A stretch of DNA of 64,000 nt from Chiloscyllium plagiosum (Eukaryota): contig NC_057718.1 in assembly GCF_004010195.1 (NCBI RefSeq), positions 26,039,341 through 26,103,340 of the forward strand, in the 5' to 3' direction. Position numbers and translations under genes: made by a program. Positions within the stretch are counted from its first letter, which is position 1; each line of letters begins with the position of its first letter. The notes under the pieces were generated by a model. That model saw only the letters and a program-made list of their open reading frames with translations, ran no database searches and was not told where the DNA came from. Shown here one piece after another: positions 63,482 through 64,000 of the stretch.

Positions 63482-64000
63482 GAGTCATAGAGCCAAAGAA
63501 CTGTACAGCAAAGAAACAGATTCTTCTTTCTTAACTCGTCCATGCCGACCAATTGTCCTAAATTAATCTTGTCCCATTTGCCAGCATTTAGCCCAAATCG
63601 CCTTTAAATCTTTCCCCTCTCACCTGAAATCTATGGCCTCGGGTTCAAGACTCCCACACAATAGAGAAAAGACCTTGGCTATTAACACTATCCATGCCCC
63701 TCATGATTTTATAAATCTCTATATGGTCACCCCTCAGCCTCTGATACTCCAGGGAATATAGTCCCAACCTATTCAGCCTCTCCCTATAGCTCAAACCCTC
63801 CAACCCTAGCAGATGTTTTCTGAATCATTTCAAATTACACATCCTTCCTATAGCAGGAATGAAATATTCCAAAAGTGGTCTAACCAATGTCCTATATAGC
63901 CACAACATGACCTCCCAACTCCTAGACTCAATGCACTGACCTAAACAGGCAAGCATACCAAAAGATCTCTTCACTGTCCTATCTACTTGTGACTCCACTT
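63482..64000 (-). mobile_element. HER1 LINE 3' part (runs off the window)
   Basis: Reverse complement of the HER1 RT C-terminus and tail. Confidence 0.85.

Overview
Repeat-dense, apparently non-coding (intergenic or intronic) eukaryotic DNA, almost certainly from a shark or ray: it is dominated by HE1 SINEs and HER1/CR1 LINEs, which share a 3' tail. I could not identify a host protein-coding gene; essentially every recognisable ORF is a decayed retroelement or transposon fragment, and five N-gaps sit inside repeats. Also present are Rex1/Babar-type LINEs, a second CR1/L2-like LINE, a DeuSINE, Gypsy-type LTRs (one with a pol ending in RNase H, Gmr1-like), a decayed Harbinger Myb/SANT gene, and a tRNA-Glu pseudogene abutting an HE1. 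The most striking signal is a set of Penelope-like element (PLE) insertions from at least 2-3 families. Most are tiny (125-215 bp) fold-back hairpins of the PLE 3' end, several carry a minimal hammerhead-ribozyme core (CUGANGA..GAAA), and seven are flanked by 12-14 bp (mostly 13 bp) target-site duplications. Family names come from my recall of consensus sequences, not from a database search. Boundaries of old elements are approximate.
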